DNA of 64,000 bases from assembly GCA_963709585.1 (NCBI GenBank), contig CAVPXI010000007.1, forward strand, positions 128,001 to 192,000, written 5' to 3'. Shown here in pieces: positions 40,318-49,645 of the stretch. This DNA is from Candidatus Dormiibacterota bacterium. GTDB lineage: Bacteria > Chloroflexota > Dormibacteria > Aeolococcales > Aeolococcaceae. Under the pieces are notes generated by a model, which was not told the DNA's origin, ran no database searches, and saw nothing but the letters and a program-made list of their open reading frames with translations. A program made the translations under genes and the position numbers. Position 1 is the stretch's first letter; each line of letters opens with the position of its first letter.

Positions 40318-41898
40318 ATGGGATTCATCGACGTCAGCGAACTGAGCTACTCGATCGGCGGGCACGTCCTCTTCCACGACGTGAGCTTTCGCGTGGGCGA
40401 GGGAAGCAAGGTCGCGCTCGTCGGTGCCAACGGCACCGGCAAGACGACGCTGCTGCGGCTCATCGCCGGCGACATCAAGGCGGAGACCGGGACCATCAGC
40501 AGCAGCGGCGGCATCGGCGTGATGCGCCAGTTCATCGGCAGCGCCGGCGGTGCGACCACTGTGCGCGACTTGCTCCTGGGGCTGGCCTCGGAGCCCATCC
40601 GTGTCGCGGGCACGGCGCTGCACGCCGCCGAACACCGGCTGGCCGGAGCGCCCGACGACGCCGAGATCGCCATCGTGTACGCGCAGGCCGTTGCCGACTG
40701 GGCCGCAGCCGGTGGCTACGAAGCCGAGGTGACCTGGAACATGTGCTGCGAAAGCAGCATCGGCAAGCCATACGAAATGCTGCGTGATCGGCTCGTCGCC
40801 ACGCTGAGCGGTGGTGAGCAGAAACGGCTCGCGCTCGATGTCTTGCTCCGCGGTCACGAGGAGGTGCTGCTCCTCGACGAGCCGGACAACTATCTCGATG
40901 TCGCCGCAAAACGCCAGCTCGAGAAGTCGCTGCGCGCCACCCCGAAGACCGTTCTCTATGTCAGCCATGACCGCCAGGTGCTCGCCGAGACCGCCAACAG
41001 GATCGTGACCCTCGAAGGACACGGCGTCTGGGTGCACGGCGGCGGCTTCGCCGACTATGCCGAGGCACGCGAGGCGCGACTGGGCAGACTGGACGAACTG
41101 CACCGGCGCTGGGAGGAAGAGCACCTCCACCTCAAGGACCTGGTGCGCCGGCTCCGCATCCAGGCGACCATGAGCGACGCAATGGCGAGCCGCTACTCGG
41201 CTGCGGTCACGCGGTTGCGCAAGTTCGAGGAGGCCGGCCCGCCAGCAGAACGCCCACGCCGTCAGGACGTCCGCATGCGTCTCCGCGGTGGCCGCACCGG
41301 TGTCCGCGTGCTGACCTGCCATCACCTTGCGATCCCCGGCCTGGTGCGCCCGTTCGACCTCGAGGTCTCGTTTGGCGAGCGGATTGCAATGCTCGGGAAC
41401 AACGGAACGGGTAAGAGCCACCTGCTCCGACTCTTCGCCGGCGAGGAGATCGCCCACGACGGACGCTTCGTGCTTGGCGCACGCGTCCTCCCAGGGCACT
41501 TCAAGCAGACCCACGAGCACCCCGAGCTGCGCGGGCACACACTCGTCGAATCACTGCACCAGCACGGCCTCGACCGCGCCGCGGCGATGCGGGCGCTCGA
41601 CCGATACGAACTGGTCAGCCACGGCGAACAGGATTTCGCAACCCTCAGCGGCGGTCAGCAGGCGCGCTTTCTCATCCTGCTGCTGGAGATCGGCGGCGCG
41701 ACGCTGCTGCTCCTCGACGAGCCCACAGATAACCTCGACGTCCATTCGGCGGAGGCCCTCGAACGCGGCCTCGATGAGTTCGAGGGCACCGTGATCGCGG
41801 TGACGCACGACCGCTGGTTTGCCAGATGCTTCAACCGTTTTCTCGTCGTCTCCGAGGATGGCGTCGTGACCGATCAATCCTCGCCGGTTTGGGACTGA
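40318..41898 (+). CDS. ABC-F family ATPase
   Basis: Two ABC domains (GANGTGKT/LSGGE/LDEPDN and GNNGTGKS/LSGGQ/LDEPTD), SHDR/THDR, no TM segments. Confidence 0.92.
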   Translation: MGFIDVSELSYSIGGHVLFHDVSFRVGEGSKVALVGANGTGKTTLLRLIAGDIKAETGTISSSGGIGVMRQFIGSAGGATTVRDLLLGLASEPIRVAGTALHAAEHRLAGAPDDAEIAIVYAQAVADWAAAGGYEAEVTWNMCCESSIGKPYEMLRDRLVATLSGGEQKRLALDVLLRGHEEVLLLDEPDNYLDVAAKRQLEKSLRATPKTVLYVSHDRQVLAETANRIVTLEGHGVWVHGGGFADYAEAREARLGRLDELHRRWEEEHLHLKDLVRRLRIQATMSDAMASRYSAAVTRLRKFEEAGPPAERPRRQDVRMRLRGGRTGVRVLTCHHLAIPGLVRPFDLEVSFGERIAMLGNNGTGKSHLLRLFAGEEIAHDGRFVLGARVLPGHFKQTHEHPELRGHTLVESLHQHGLDRAAAMRALDRYELVSHGEQDFATLSGGQQARFLILLLEIGGATLLLLDEPTDNLDVHSAEALERGLDEFEGTVIAVTHDRWFARCFNRFLVVSEDGVVTDQSSPVWD

Positions 41899-41916
41899 GG
41901 GCTTTCAGGACGCGGC

Positions 41917-42363
41917 TCAAGCGCGTCCCGCACGCAGGTCGCTCATGGCTTTGTCGATCCGGCGCTGCCGCGTTTCCGGCGCCTTTGCCTGCTCGATCGC
42001 GACGGTGAAGCGCTGCTTCCTGCTATGGGACAGCCTCTCAAAGAAACCACGCGCCTGAGCGTCACCGGCTAGGGCGCTCTGAAACTCGGCCGGTATGGCC
42101 AGTGTCCGCGCCTCGGTGTCGAGGGTCAGTGCAACCAGCACCTCATCACCGGCAGTGACGCCGGCGCCTTCGCGGTGTTCCGCGCTGATTGGGAGCATGA
42201 AGACGCCTCCCATCGGCGCGACCGTACTCCGATACGCATAGCCGTTGATGTTCACGGTGACCGCAGGCCGCTTGCCGCCCCCCAGCCCGTCAACGACGTG
42301 CGCTGGGACTTCGATGCCGGTGGCGGTCTTGCCCGAGAGGAGGACGATGGCGTTGAATTTCAT
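41917..42363 (-). CDS. DUF1905 plus YdeI/OmpD-associated domain protein
   Basis: ATGIEVP..V..LG.GKRP.V.V..NGY.YRST; C-terminal F..LS.S.....I.QAK.PETR.RRI.K. Confidence 0.85.
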   Translation of the reverse strand: MKFNAIVLLSGKTATGIEVPAHVVDGLGGGKRPAVTVNINGYAYRSTVAPMGGVFMLPISAEHREGAGVTAGDEVLVALTLDTEARTLAIPAEFQSALAGDAQARGFFERLSHSRKQRFTVAIEQAKAPETRQRRIDKAMSDLRAGRA

Positions 42364-42779
42364 GAAGCCGCGGAGAGCATCTGCGCAACGCGGATGTGGT
42401 TGCCGAACGGGTCGCGCAGGCCGAAGTCGATGCCATATGGTTGTTCCGTCGGTTCCTGAGTGAATTCGACACCCTTGGCAGCAAGCTCGTCATATGTCTT
42501 GCGGGCGTCGGACGTCGTGAAGAACAGGTGGCCACCGGTTCGACCCTTGGTCAGCAGTGAGCGAACCTCATCGGCTGTCGCCGGATCCATTGCCGGCGGT
42601 CCGGGCTTCTCGAGCATGATCTGGCGCTCGGGGTCACCGGGGAGGCTGACCGTGAGGAATCGCATGAAGCCGAGATCCTGGTCGGTGTTGATCTCCAGTC
42701 CGAGCTTCCCGACGTAGAAGTCAACCGCCTGATCCTGATCAAGCACGTAGATTTGCGAGATCCTGAGACTGCTGAGCAT
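42360..42779 (-). CDS. VOC/glyoxalase family protein
   Basis: V.DQD.A.DFY..KLG, RFLTV, GVEFTQEP.EQPYGID...RDPFGN. Confidence 0.92.
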   Translation of the reverse strand: MLSSLRISQIYVLDQDQAVDFYVGKLGLEINTDQDLGFMRFLTVSLPGDPERQIMLEKPGPPAMDPATADEVRSLLTKGRTGGHLFFTTSDARKTYDELAAKGVEFTQEPTEQPYGIDFGLRDPFGNHIRVAQMLSAAS

Positions 42780-42824
42780 GCCGCTGTTCCCTTGTCGCGT
42801 TGCGCGGTGAATGGTGCCCCAACG

Positions 42825-43247
42825 CTACCCGTTTGCTGAGCGGTCGTCTTCTCCAAAACTGCTCGGTCTGGTCCAGGCCATGGCGAAGCAGGTCGGAACC
42901 GCGATCACCTCACCGCGCCGCCGATACTCCGTCGGCGACTCGCCGACGATGACGTGGAACGTGGTGCTGAACGTTCCCAAACTCGTGAAGCCGACGTCGA
43001 AGCAGATGTCGGTGATGCTGCGATCCGTGCAGCGCAGCAGGTAGAGCGCTCGCTCGACGCGCCGGCGCTGCAGGTAGCGATGCGGAGTCTCTCCAAACGT
43101 CGCCCGAAACGCGCGAATGAAATGGGCCTTGGACACGCACGCAATGCGCGCAAGGGTGGGGATGTCGAGCGGCCGGCCGTAGCTGAGATCCATGGCGTCG
43201 CGCGCTCGAAGCAGCCGCCGATTGGACTCCTCGACTGCCCGGGTCAT
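42825..43247 (-). CDS. Single-domain AraC-family regulator (paralog of 38112..38561)
   Basis: RLLRARDAMD..Y..PLD...LA..A.VS..HF.R.F...FGETP; DICFDVGFTSLGTFS. Confidence 0.92.
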   Translation of the reverse strand: MTRAVEESNRRLLRARDAMDLSYGRPLDIPTLARIACVSKAHFIRAFRATFGETPHRYLQRRRVERALYLLRCTDRSITDICFDVGFTSLGTFSTTFHVIVGESPTEYRRRGEVIAVPTCFAMAWTRPSSFGEDDRSANG

Positions 43248-43591
43248 CGAACGCTGGACTGCTTCCCCGGGAGGGATCGCGCATACGCGACACCTTCCTC
43301 CACCCACCGTTGCAGCTGTGGCCTGGTTCGAAGGCCGTCGGCGTCGACCCGCAGCCAACCGGGCATCTCGCGTCCGCGCATCACCGCGATCTGCGCGTGC
43401 GCCCGGCCGGCCAGCTCGTCCGTCTTGTCAGGGTCGACGCGCACCAGGGCTCCGCCCTGTCCGCTCGCGCTGATCGCCATGTTGCCGCCGATCAGGAAGG
43501 CCAGGCCGCCGAACATTCGCTTCTCGGTCACGCCCGCCTCGCCTCCCACCAGCTCGCGGATGCGCACCGCCAGATCTTCGTCGAAAGCCAC
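43244..43591 (-). CDS. TfoX N-terminal domain protein
   Basis: AFDE.LA.RIR, EKRMFGGLAFLI.GNM, MRGR.M.GWL.V. Confidence 0.88.
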   Translation of the reverse strand: MAFDEDLAVRIRELVGGEAGVTEKRMFGGLAFLIGGNMAISASGQGGALVRVDPDKTDELAGRAHAQIAVMRGREMPGWLRVDADGLRTRPQLQRWVEEGVAYARSLPGKQSSVR

Positions 43592-43739
43592 GCTCTCATT
43601 TTCGGGCACCGGGCAGCCGTCTGGCTCGCGACCGGCGATGCGATTCACCGGGCCGACCCGTGCGGCTCGGGCGCCGCAATCGGACTGCAATGGGCCGGAC
43701 GCACGATGCCGGAACGTCGTACAACATCAGGAGCACGCC

Positions 43740-44123
43740 ATGACCAATCCAGTCGACAGGTTCACCCAGGCCGTCGAAACCGCCTCCATCGGCGGAGCCG
43801 GCGTCTTCGCGCCGGATGCGGTGCTCGATGCGACCGTTCCCCACTGGCGCTTCACCGTCAACGGGGCCGACAACATCGAGGCCGAGCTCGGTCGCTGGTA
43901 CGCCGACCCCGGACGCTTCGAGGAGATCCGCCGGACCATCCTCCCGGATGGTGAGCTCGTGGAATTCGTGCTCACCTGGGAGGAGGACGGCGAACCCCAT
44001 ATGTGTCATCAAGCACATCACATCGAGCTCGTTGACGGTCTGATCACCCGCGACCGCGCCTGGTGCGGCGGCAGGTGGGGAGCGGCGCTCCAGGCGGAGA
44101 TGGCCGAGGCCGCGCGTCTGTGA
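43740..44123 (+). CDS. SnoaL/NTF2-like small protein
   Basis: AGGAG RBS; FAPDAVLDATVP.WRF...G...I; DG.I.....WCGGRW. Confidence 0.7.
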   Translation: MTNPVDRFTQAVETASIGGAGVFAPDAVLDATVPHWRFTVNGADNIEAELGRWYADPGRFEEIRRTILPDGELVEFVLTWEEDGEPHMCHQAHHIELVDGLITRDRAWCGGRWGAALQAEMAEAARL

Positions 44124-45127
44124 CCGCCACGACATCGCAGACCCGGACGGTCCCCATGGCCGACTCGGTCGACCAGCTGCTCCAGCGCGTTCAGCAGCGC
44201 GAACCGTGGAAGACGGCGGATTCGCTCTCGGGCAGCCGTTTCGAGCGTGTTGTCATCGACGAGGTTCCTCACGTGGTGAAGTACATCTCGGTCGACGACG
44301 ACTGGATCATGCGTGCGACCGGCGATTTCGGCTGCCGCCAGTTGACTCTGCTGTCGTCCGGCGTGCTCGGGTCCCTCCCCGAGTTGATCGATCACACGAT
44401 CGCCGGCTACGCGCCGTTCATCTCCAGCCGCGGTCATCGGGGCGTCGCGCTGCTGATGCGTGACGTGTCCGAATCACTCATACCCCCCGGCAGCGAGCCG
44501 ATCGCCATGGACCACCATCGCGGCTTCGTCGAGGACATGGCGTCGCTCCATGCGGCCTACTGGGGGTTCCGTGACACCTCGGGGCTGTTCCCGCTATCCC
44601 ACCACTACGTCATCCTGACTCCGACGATGGCCGAGCTCGAAGCCGCCACGCCGCATGCGGACCCGGTACCGCCTGCGGTTGGGGACGGATGGCGGCGGCT
44701 GGGCGAGCGCTACCCCGCAGAGGCGCGGAGGCTTCGCGAGCTCGCGCGCGACCCATGGCCGCTGGTCGTCGCCCTCAGCGCGGGACCGCAGACCCTCATC
44801 CATGGCGACTGGAAGCTCGGCAATCTCGGCCGCGATGGAGCGCGGACTATCCTGCTCGACTGGGATCGCACCGGCGAGGGGCCCCCTCTCGTCGACCTCG
44901 CCTGGTACCTGGCCGTCAACTGCGACCGGCTTCCGGAGTCCAAGGAGGACTCCATCGGCGCGTACCGGGCCAGCCTCGAGTCCGCCGGCATCTCCACAGG
45001 ATCGTGGTGGGACGAGCAGCTCGCAGCCGCCCTGGCCGGAGCTTTTCTGCAGCTGGCCTGGTCGAAGACCGACGACGCGGCCGAGTTCGGCTGGTGGAGC
45101 GATCGTCTCGCCGCATGGAATCCCTGA
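44120..45127 (+). CDS. Aminoglycoside phosphotransferase/choline kinase-like protein
   Basis: SG..FERV, VVK, LLMRDV, LHAAYW, TLIHGDWKLGN, LLDW, DLAWYL. Confidence 0.82.
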   Translation: MTATTSQTRTVPMADSVDQLLQRVQQREPWKTADSLSGSRFERVVIDEVPHVVKYISVDDDWIMRATGDFGCRQLTLLSSGVLGSLPELIDHTIAGYAPFISSRGHRGVALLMRDVSESLIPPGSEPIAMDHHRGFVEDMASLHAAYWGFRDTSGLFPLSHHYVILTPTMAELEAATPHADPVPPAVGDGWRRLGERYPAEARRLRELARDPWPLVVALSAGPQTLIHGDWKLGNLGRDGARTILLDWDRTGEGPPLVDLAWYLAVNCDRLPESKEDSIGAYRASLESAGISTGSWWDEQLAAALAGAFLQLAWSKTDDAAEFGWWSDRLAAWNP

Positions 45128-45915
45128 CCGCCCGACAAAGCAACTCCTATCAGGGCACGGCAGTCGCATGGGCTCGTGGCCCAGCTGCGCTGTACGACAA
45201 GCTGGCGTCGATCGCGATCGACAGGGTCGCGAGCCAGATCCGGGGAGCCAGAGTCCTCGACGTCGGCGCCGGTACTGGTGCGCTGTGCCGTGCGCTACGA
45301 ACGGCGGGAGCGATCCCGACGGCCGTCGATATGTCCAGCGACATGCTCGGCCTCATCGGCGATGCAGCAACGGTTTTGGTGGTCGGCGACATGTGCGCGC
45401 TGCCTTTCTCCAGCGAACGGTTCGACGCGGCGGTGAGTGGCTTCGCGATATCGCACATCGACACGCCTGAGCGAGCGTTGACCGAGATGCGTCGCGTGGT
45501 GCGACCCGGTGGGCAGGTCGTCGCCGCGGTGTTTGGCGCAGCGCCTGCGAGCGCATCGAAAGACGCCGTCGACGAGGTCGCTCGTGGCTTCGGGTTTCGC
45601 CCACCGGCCTGGTACCTCGAGCTGAAGACGCGCACCGAGCCGCTGTCGAACACGCCGGCGCTGCTCCGGGGCTGCGCCGAGGCCGCCGGGCTGGAGGAGA
45701 TCGATGTGGCGGACATGACCGTGGACTCCGGGCTCAACTCACCCGAGGCGATCACCGCATATCGCACCGGGCTAGCGCACGTCGCACCGTTCGTCGCATC
45801 CCTGCCCGCGCCGCGGCGCACCGAGTTCGTCGACCGTGCGGTCGCCGCAGTGCGGGAACGCGGTCAACCGCTGCGACCGCGCATCCTGGTGCTCTCGAGT
45901 CGCGTTCCCGCGTAG
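45115..45915 (+). CDS. Class I SAM-dependent methyltransferase
   Basis: VLDVGAGTG, VDMS..ML, GD..ALPF...FD, EMRRVVRPGG. Confidence 0.88.
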   Translation: MESLTARQSNSYQGTAVAWARGPAALYDKLASIAIDRVASQIRGARVLDVGAGTGALCRALRTAGAIPTAVDMSSDMLGLIGDAATVLVVGDMCALPFSSERFDAAVSGFAISHIDTPERALTEMRRVVRPGGQVVAAVFGAAPASASKDAVDEVARGFGFRPPAWYLELKTRTEPLSNTPALLRGCAEAAGLEEIDVADMTVDSGLNSPEAITAYRTGLAHVAPFVASLPAPRRTEFVDRAVAAVRERGQPLRPRILVLSSRVPA

Positions 45916-48900
45916 GCGAGAAACGCTGCGCGTGCGGGTGTGTCGAGATGCGCCGCCAGCCGGTCGCGTTGCGCAGCCGCAAGCTCGTAACAGACCTCGG
46001 ACCCGAGCGACGCGCCGAGTTCCGCCATGACCCACCAGGCTTCGACGCCCGCAACCGCGGACAGCGACGAGCTCAGCTCGGCGAGCGCGTCCGCCTCGGG
46101 CGCGCGCGCCCCCATTGCCGCCCGGGCCTGGAGTCGAAGCACCTCGCCGAGCTGCGCGTAGCGCGGCGCGTATCGATCGGTCGCGGAGGCGATGAGCCGC
46201 TCTGAGATGGCAAGCGCCGCGTCGGGGTCGTTCTTCAACAGCGCGATCCTTCCTTCGAGGAGGTCCACGCGCAACTCGTGGCGCCAGCGGTACGCGTACA
46301 CGTCATGCATGAGCGTTCGCGCCGACTCGATCGCACGATTCGCGGTCGCGGCATCGCCTTCGGCGATCGCATCGTCGCAGGGGTCGAGCAACGCGTAGAC
46401 CTCGAGATCGCGATACGCGGAATCGCGGGCACCTTCGAGCGCTTCCTCGTTGCTCGCACGTGCTCGGGCGATGTCCCCGATGTTGCGAAGTACCCAGGCG
46501 CCGAGGTTCACACCGAGCGCGGCATACCGGGTCAGGCCTCGCCGGCGCCCTTCGGCAGACGCGCGCTCGAGGGTGCCGAGGGCTTCGCCGGCGCGACCGC
46601 ACGTCGCAAGCGCATACCCATGCGCGAGATAGCCATGCACCGGCGTGTAGATCGTGGACACGGCGTCGGTCGCGGCGTACGGGCTTGCCTCGATGGCGCT
46701 GATCGCAAGACCCGCCTCTCCCATGTGCACCTTCAGAAACGCGTACACGGAGGTGGGCTGACGAAGCCGGTGCTTGCGGCACGCGGCCATCGCCCGCTCC
46801 ATGAGGTCATCCGCACCCTCCACATCACCGAGCGCATGCAGCGATCGCGCGCGGATCAGCTGGCCCTGCACCTGCTGAGCCGGTTCGCTCGCCTGCTGGA
46901 TCAACGCCTCGCCGAGCGTCGCGGCGCGTTCGAAATTCCTGCAGTAGTAGGCGACCGACCCGGCGACCTCCAGCGCCCGGGAATCAGCGGTGCTCTCGAT
47001 CGCGTGTTCCGCATCCGATTGCGCAGCTTCGTAGCGAGTGAGACGCAGCTCCACCACGGCACGCTGGATGCGGGCGTCCGAGGTGTCATCGGCATCAATC
47101 GCTTCGGTGGCGAGGTCCAGCGCCGTCGCGTAGTCGAATCGATCGGCGGCGATGCGGCTCGCCGCCGTCAATGCCGCCGACGCGATGGTGCGCGCGCCGC
47201 TGAGCCTCGCGTGGTGGGCGACGAGCAGCGGGTCCGCGCCGGGCGTTCCGGACAGCACACGAGCGGCTTCGCGGTGGAGGAGTGCGCGCCGCGGCGACGC
47301 AGTGGACGCTTCGAGGACCTCGCGCACGAGGGCGTGGCGGAACCCGTAGGCGCCGTCGCGCGCCTCGAGCAAACCGAGGCGCACTCCAACATCGAGATCC
47401 TCGAGTAGCCGGATCGGATCGGTTCTGAGCACGGCCGCGAGGACGTCGATGTCGATGGATGCCCCGAGGACCGCCGCGCTCATCACGGTCCTGGTCGCAG
47501 TGCCGGCTTCAGTGCAGCGCTCGAGCACTGCGGCCTGGATGGATTCCGGAGGTGCGGCGCGTTCGTCGCTCGACGCCAGCTGGGTCAGAAAGAGCGCATT
47601 GCCGCCGCTGCGCTCGTGCAGCCGGGCGGCCTGCTCGTCTCCGACGATCTGTCTCGCCGCCTCGAGCGACAGCGGGGAAAGCACCAGGCGGGTCGCCTCG
47701 GGCGGTACCTCACCTTCACCGGTACGGCGGGTGAGCAACACCAACACGGACATGTCCGGGCTGGTGATCAGCTCGGCGATCCAGGCCCGTGATAGCGAAT
47801 CGGCGCGCTGGATGTCGTCGATGAAGAGCACCGCCGGCGACGTGCACGCCCGGCGCACGACCCGCCGCAGGGCGGCGAAGACGACGGCGATGCCCGCCGG
47901 CGAGGAGGCCTCCGCTTGGGTGATGTCGGCCACCGGCTCGCCGTCGGTCGACGTCCAGTCGAGCATCGGCTCGAGCAGCGTCGCGTCCGCGCCGAGCAGC
48001 TCGCGTCCGATGTCCATGCCGACCATGCGGAGATGGTTGCGGACCATGCGTAGCACGGGCTGCAGCGGCAGTGACCTGCTCAGCTGGTCGCAGCGCGCGC
48101 TGAGCACGACGGTCTCGGGGCCGAGGCGATCGATCCACGCGGACGCGACCGCCGTCTTGCCGATACCTGGCTCTCCCTCGATCACCACCGCCACCGGGGT
48201 CCCGTTGTGCGCGCGGAGAAACGCGTCGTCGAGCAGGCGCAGCTCGTCGTCACGACCGGGCAGGTCGATTCCGCCACGCTCGACGCGCGGACGTGACTGC
48301 GGTGACGCCACGACGATGCCGGGAACCGGAAGTCCCTTGAGCACCGCGACGTGCGCGGCGTCGGTCTGCTCGGAGGGTGAGGTGCCGAGCTCGTCGGCGA
48401 GGCGCACCCGCATCCGCTCATACATCGCCAGTGCCGATGAGGATCTGCCCTGAGCCGCCAGGGCAGCCATCACCAGGCGCAACGACTCCTCGTCGTAGGC
48501 ATCCTCGTCGAGAGCCTGCTCGGCGGCCTCGACTCCGGTGGCAAGGTCCCCGGCCGCGAGCGCGGCGCGCGCGACCAGGTGACGGGCTCGGGCACAGAGC
48601 CGCTCGACCGCTCGCCGGTCCTCCGGCGGCCACGCCTCGTCGTCGAGCGCGGGATGACCGAGCAGCGCCCGCGCGGCCGCAGCCGCGGCGAGAGCCGGTG
48701 CCGGCTCGTGCTCACGCAAACGGCGATCTGCTTCGGATTGCAACTCGGACGCCGCGGTCAGATCAACCCAGTCCGCGTGCAGTGCGTAGCCCGCATCGCT
48801 GTGGCTGATGCGTGCGGCGCCGAGAACGCCCCGCAGGCGGCTCATGATCACCGCCAGTTGGGCCGGTGGATCGCGAGGCTGGTCATCGAGCCAGAGGACG

Positions 48901-49091
48901 TCAGCCAGTCGTTCGATGCTGACCGGACGTCCCTGCGCGATGCCGAGCATCCGGAGCGCCAGCCGCGCCTTGCGGCTGCCGAGCTGATGCTCGGCAAACC
49001 CCTCGACCGAGAGCCCGTCGATGACGCGAACGCGCACCGCGTCCGGCGGCGAGGCCGGGCGCACCGACGGCGGCGCCTCGGCGCGGACCAC
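45864..49091 (-). CDS. SARP/AfsR-like STAND regulator: N-terminal HTH and BTAD, AAA ATPase, TPR-like helices
   Basis: KARLAL..L....GRPVS.ERL..VLW; EESLRLVM.AL...GR...AL..Y......L..ELG..PS; GRD.EL..L; GEPGIGKT; FIDDIQ; SGGNALF. Confidence 0.88.
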   Translation of the reverse strand: MVRAEAPPSVRPASPPDAVRVRVIDGLSVEGFAEHQLGSRKARLALRMLGIAQGRPVSIERLADVLWLDDQPRDPPAQLAVIMSRLRGVLGAARISHSDAGYALHADWVDLTAASELQSEADRRLREHEPAPALAAAAAARALLGHPALDDEAWPPEDRRAVERLCARARHLVARAALAAGDLATGVEAAEQALDEDAYDEESLRLVMAALAAQGRSSSALAMYERMRVRLADELGTSPSEQTDAAHVAVLKGLPVPGIVVASPQSRPRVERGGIDLPGRDDELRLLDDAFLRAHNGTPVAVVIEGEPGIGKTAVASAWIDRLGPETVVLSARCDQLSRSLPLQPVLRMVRNHLRMVGMDIGRELLGADATLLEPMLDWTSTDGEPVADITQAEASSPAGIAVVFAALRRVVRRACTSPAVLFIDDIQRADSLSRAWIAELITSPDMSVLVLLTRRTGEGEVPPEATRLVLSPLSLEAARQIVGDEQAARLHERSGGNALFLTQLASSDERAAPPESIQAAVLERCTEAGTATRTVMSAAVLGASIDIDVLAAVLRTDPIRLLEDLDVGVRLGLLEARDGAYGFRHALVREVLEASTASPRRALLHREAARVLSGTPGADPLLVAHHARLSGARTIASAALTAASRIAADRFDYATALDLATEAIDADDTSDARIQRAVVELRLTRYEAAQSDAEHAIESTADSRALEVAGSVAYYCRNFERAATLGEALIQQASEPAQQVQGQLIRARSLHALGDVEGADDLMERAMAACRKHRLRQPTSVYAFLKVHMGEAGLAISAIEASPYAATDAVSTIYTPVHGYLAHGYALATCGRAGEALGTLERASAEGRRRGLTRYAALGVNLGAWVLRNIGDIARARASNEEALEGARDSAYRDLEVYALLDPCDDAIAEGDAATANRAIESARTLMHDVYAYRWRHELRVDLLEGRIALLKNDPDAALAISERLIASATDRYAPRYAQLGEVLRLQARAAMGARAPEADALAELSSSLSAVAGVEAWWVMAELGASLGSEVCYELAAAQRDRLAAHLDTPARAAFLAYAGTRLESTRMRGRSG

Positions 49092-49146
49092 GGCACCAAG
49101 GATACGTGCCGCAGGTCCGCGCGAGGAAAGCCTTACCGGTGCGGAA

Positions 49147-49512
49147 TCACGCCTTCCCGTAGTTGCTCGCGCCGTTCCAGTCGATGAGCACGACGGGCTC
49201 GTCGCCGATCACCCAGGCATCGTGGCCCGAGGGAAGCGCGGTGATGTCGCCGGTGCGCGCGTCGAACTCGCTGCCGTCCGCCATCTGGATGCGCAGCACG
49301 CCGGAAGCGTGGTACTGAAAGTGCGGCGCCTCGCACAGCTCGGTCCCCGCGATCGGTTTGACGTGCACCGACCACCGCCATCCGGGCTCGAGGGTCAGCC
49401 GCCCGACCGTGCCCCCACCGATGTTGACGAGATCGACGCGGCCCTTCTCGAAAACCCGCTCCTCGTCGGGGCGTCCCAGGGTCTTCTGTTCCGCCGTTGC
49501 TGTGGCTGGCAT
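49147..49512 (-). CDS. Cupin domain protein
   Basis: PDE.R.F.KG, PGWRWS.HVKP.AGT..C..PH, PSGHDAWV.GDEP. Confidence 0.88.
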   Translation of the reverse strand: MPATATAEQKTLGRPDEERVFEKGRVDLVNIGGGTVGRLTLEPGWRWSVHVKPIAGTELCEAPHFQYHASGVLRIQMADGSEFDARTGDITALPSGHDAWVIGDEPVVLIDWNGASNYGKA

Positions 49513-49645
49513 GTCATGCCTCCCGTGAAAAGCTGTCGCGCCGTCAGCGGCGCCTCGAGACGCATGCTGCGCACCGCCGATTGCAGGTTCCATGCAGTCC
49601 GCGACGGCCTCGAGAGGTAGCGCATCTCGGCCTGATGGCCGCCGG

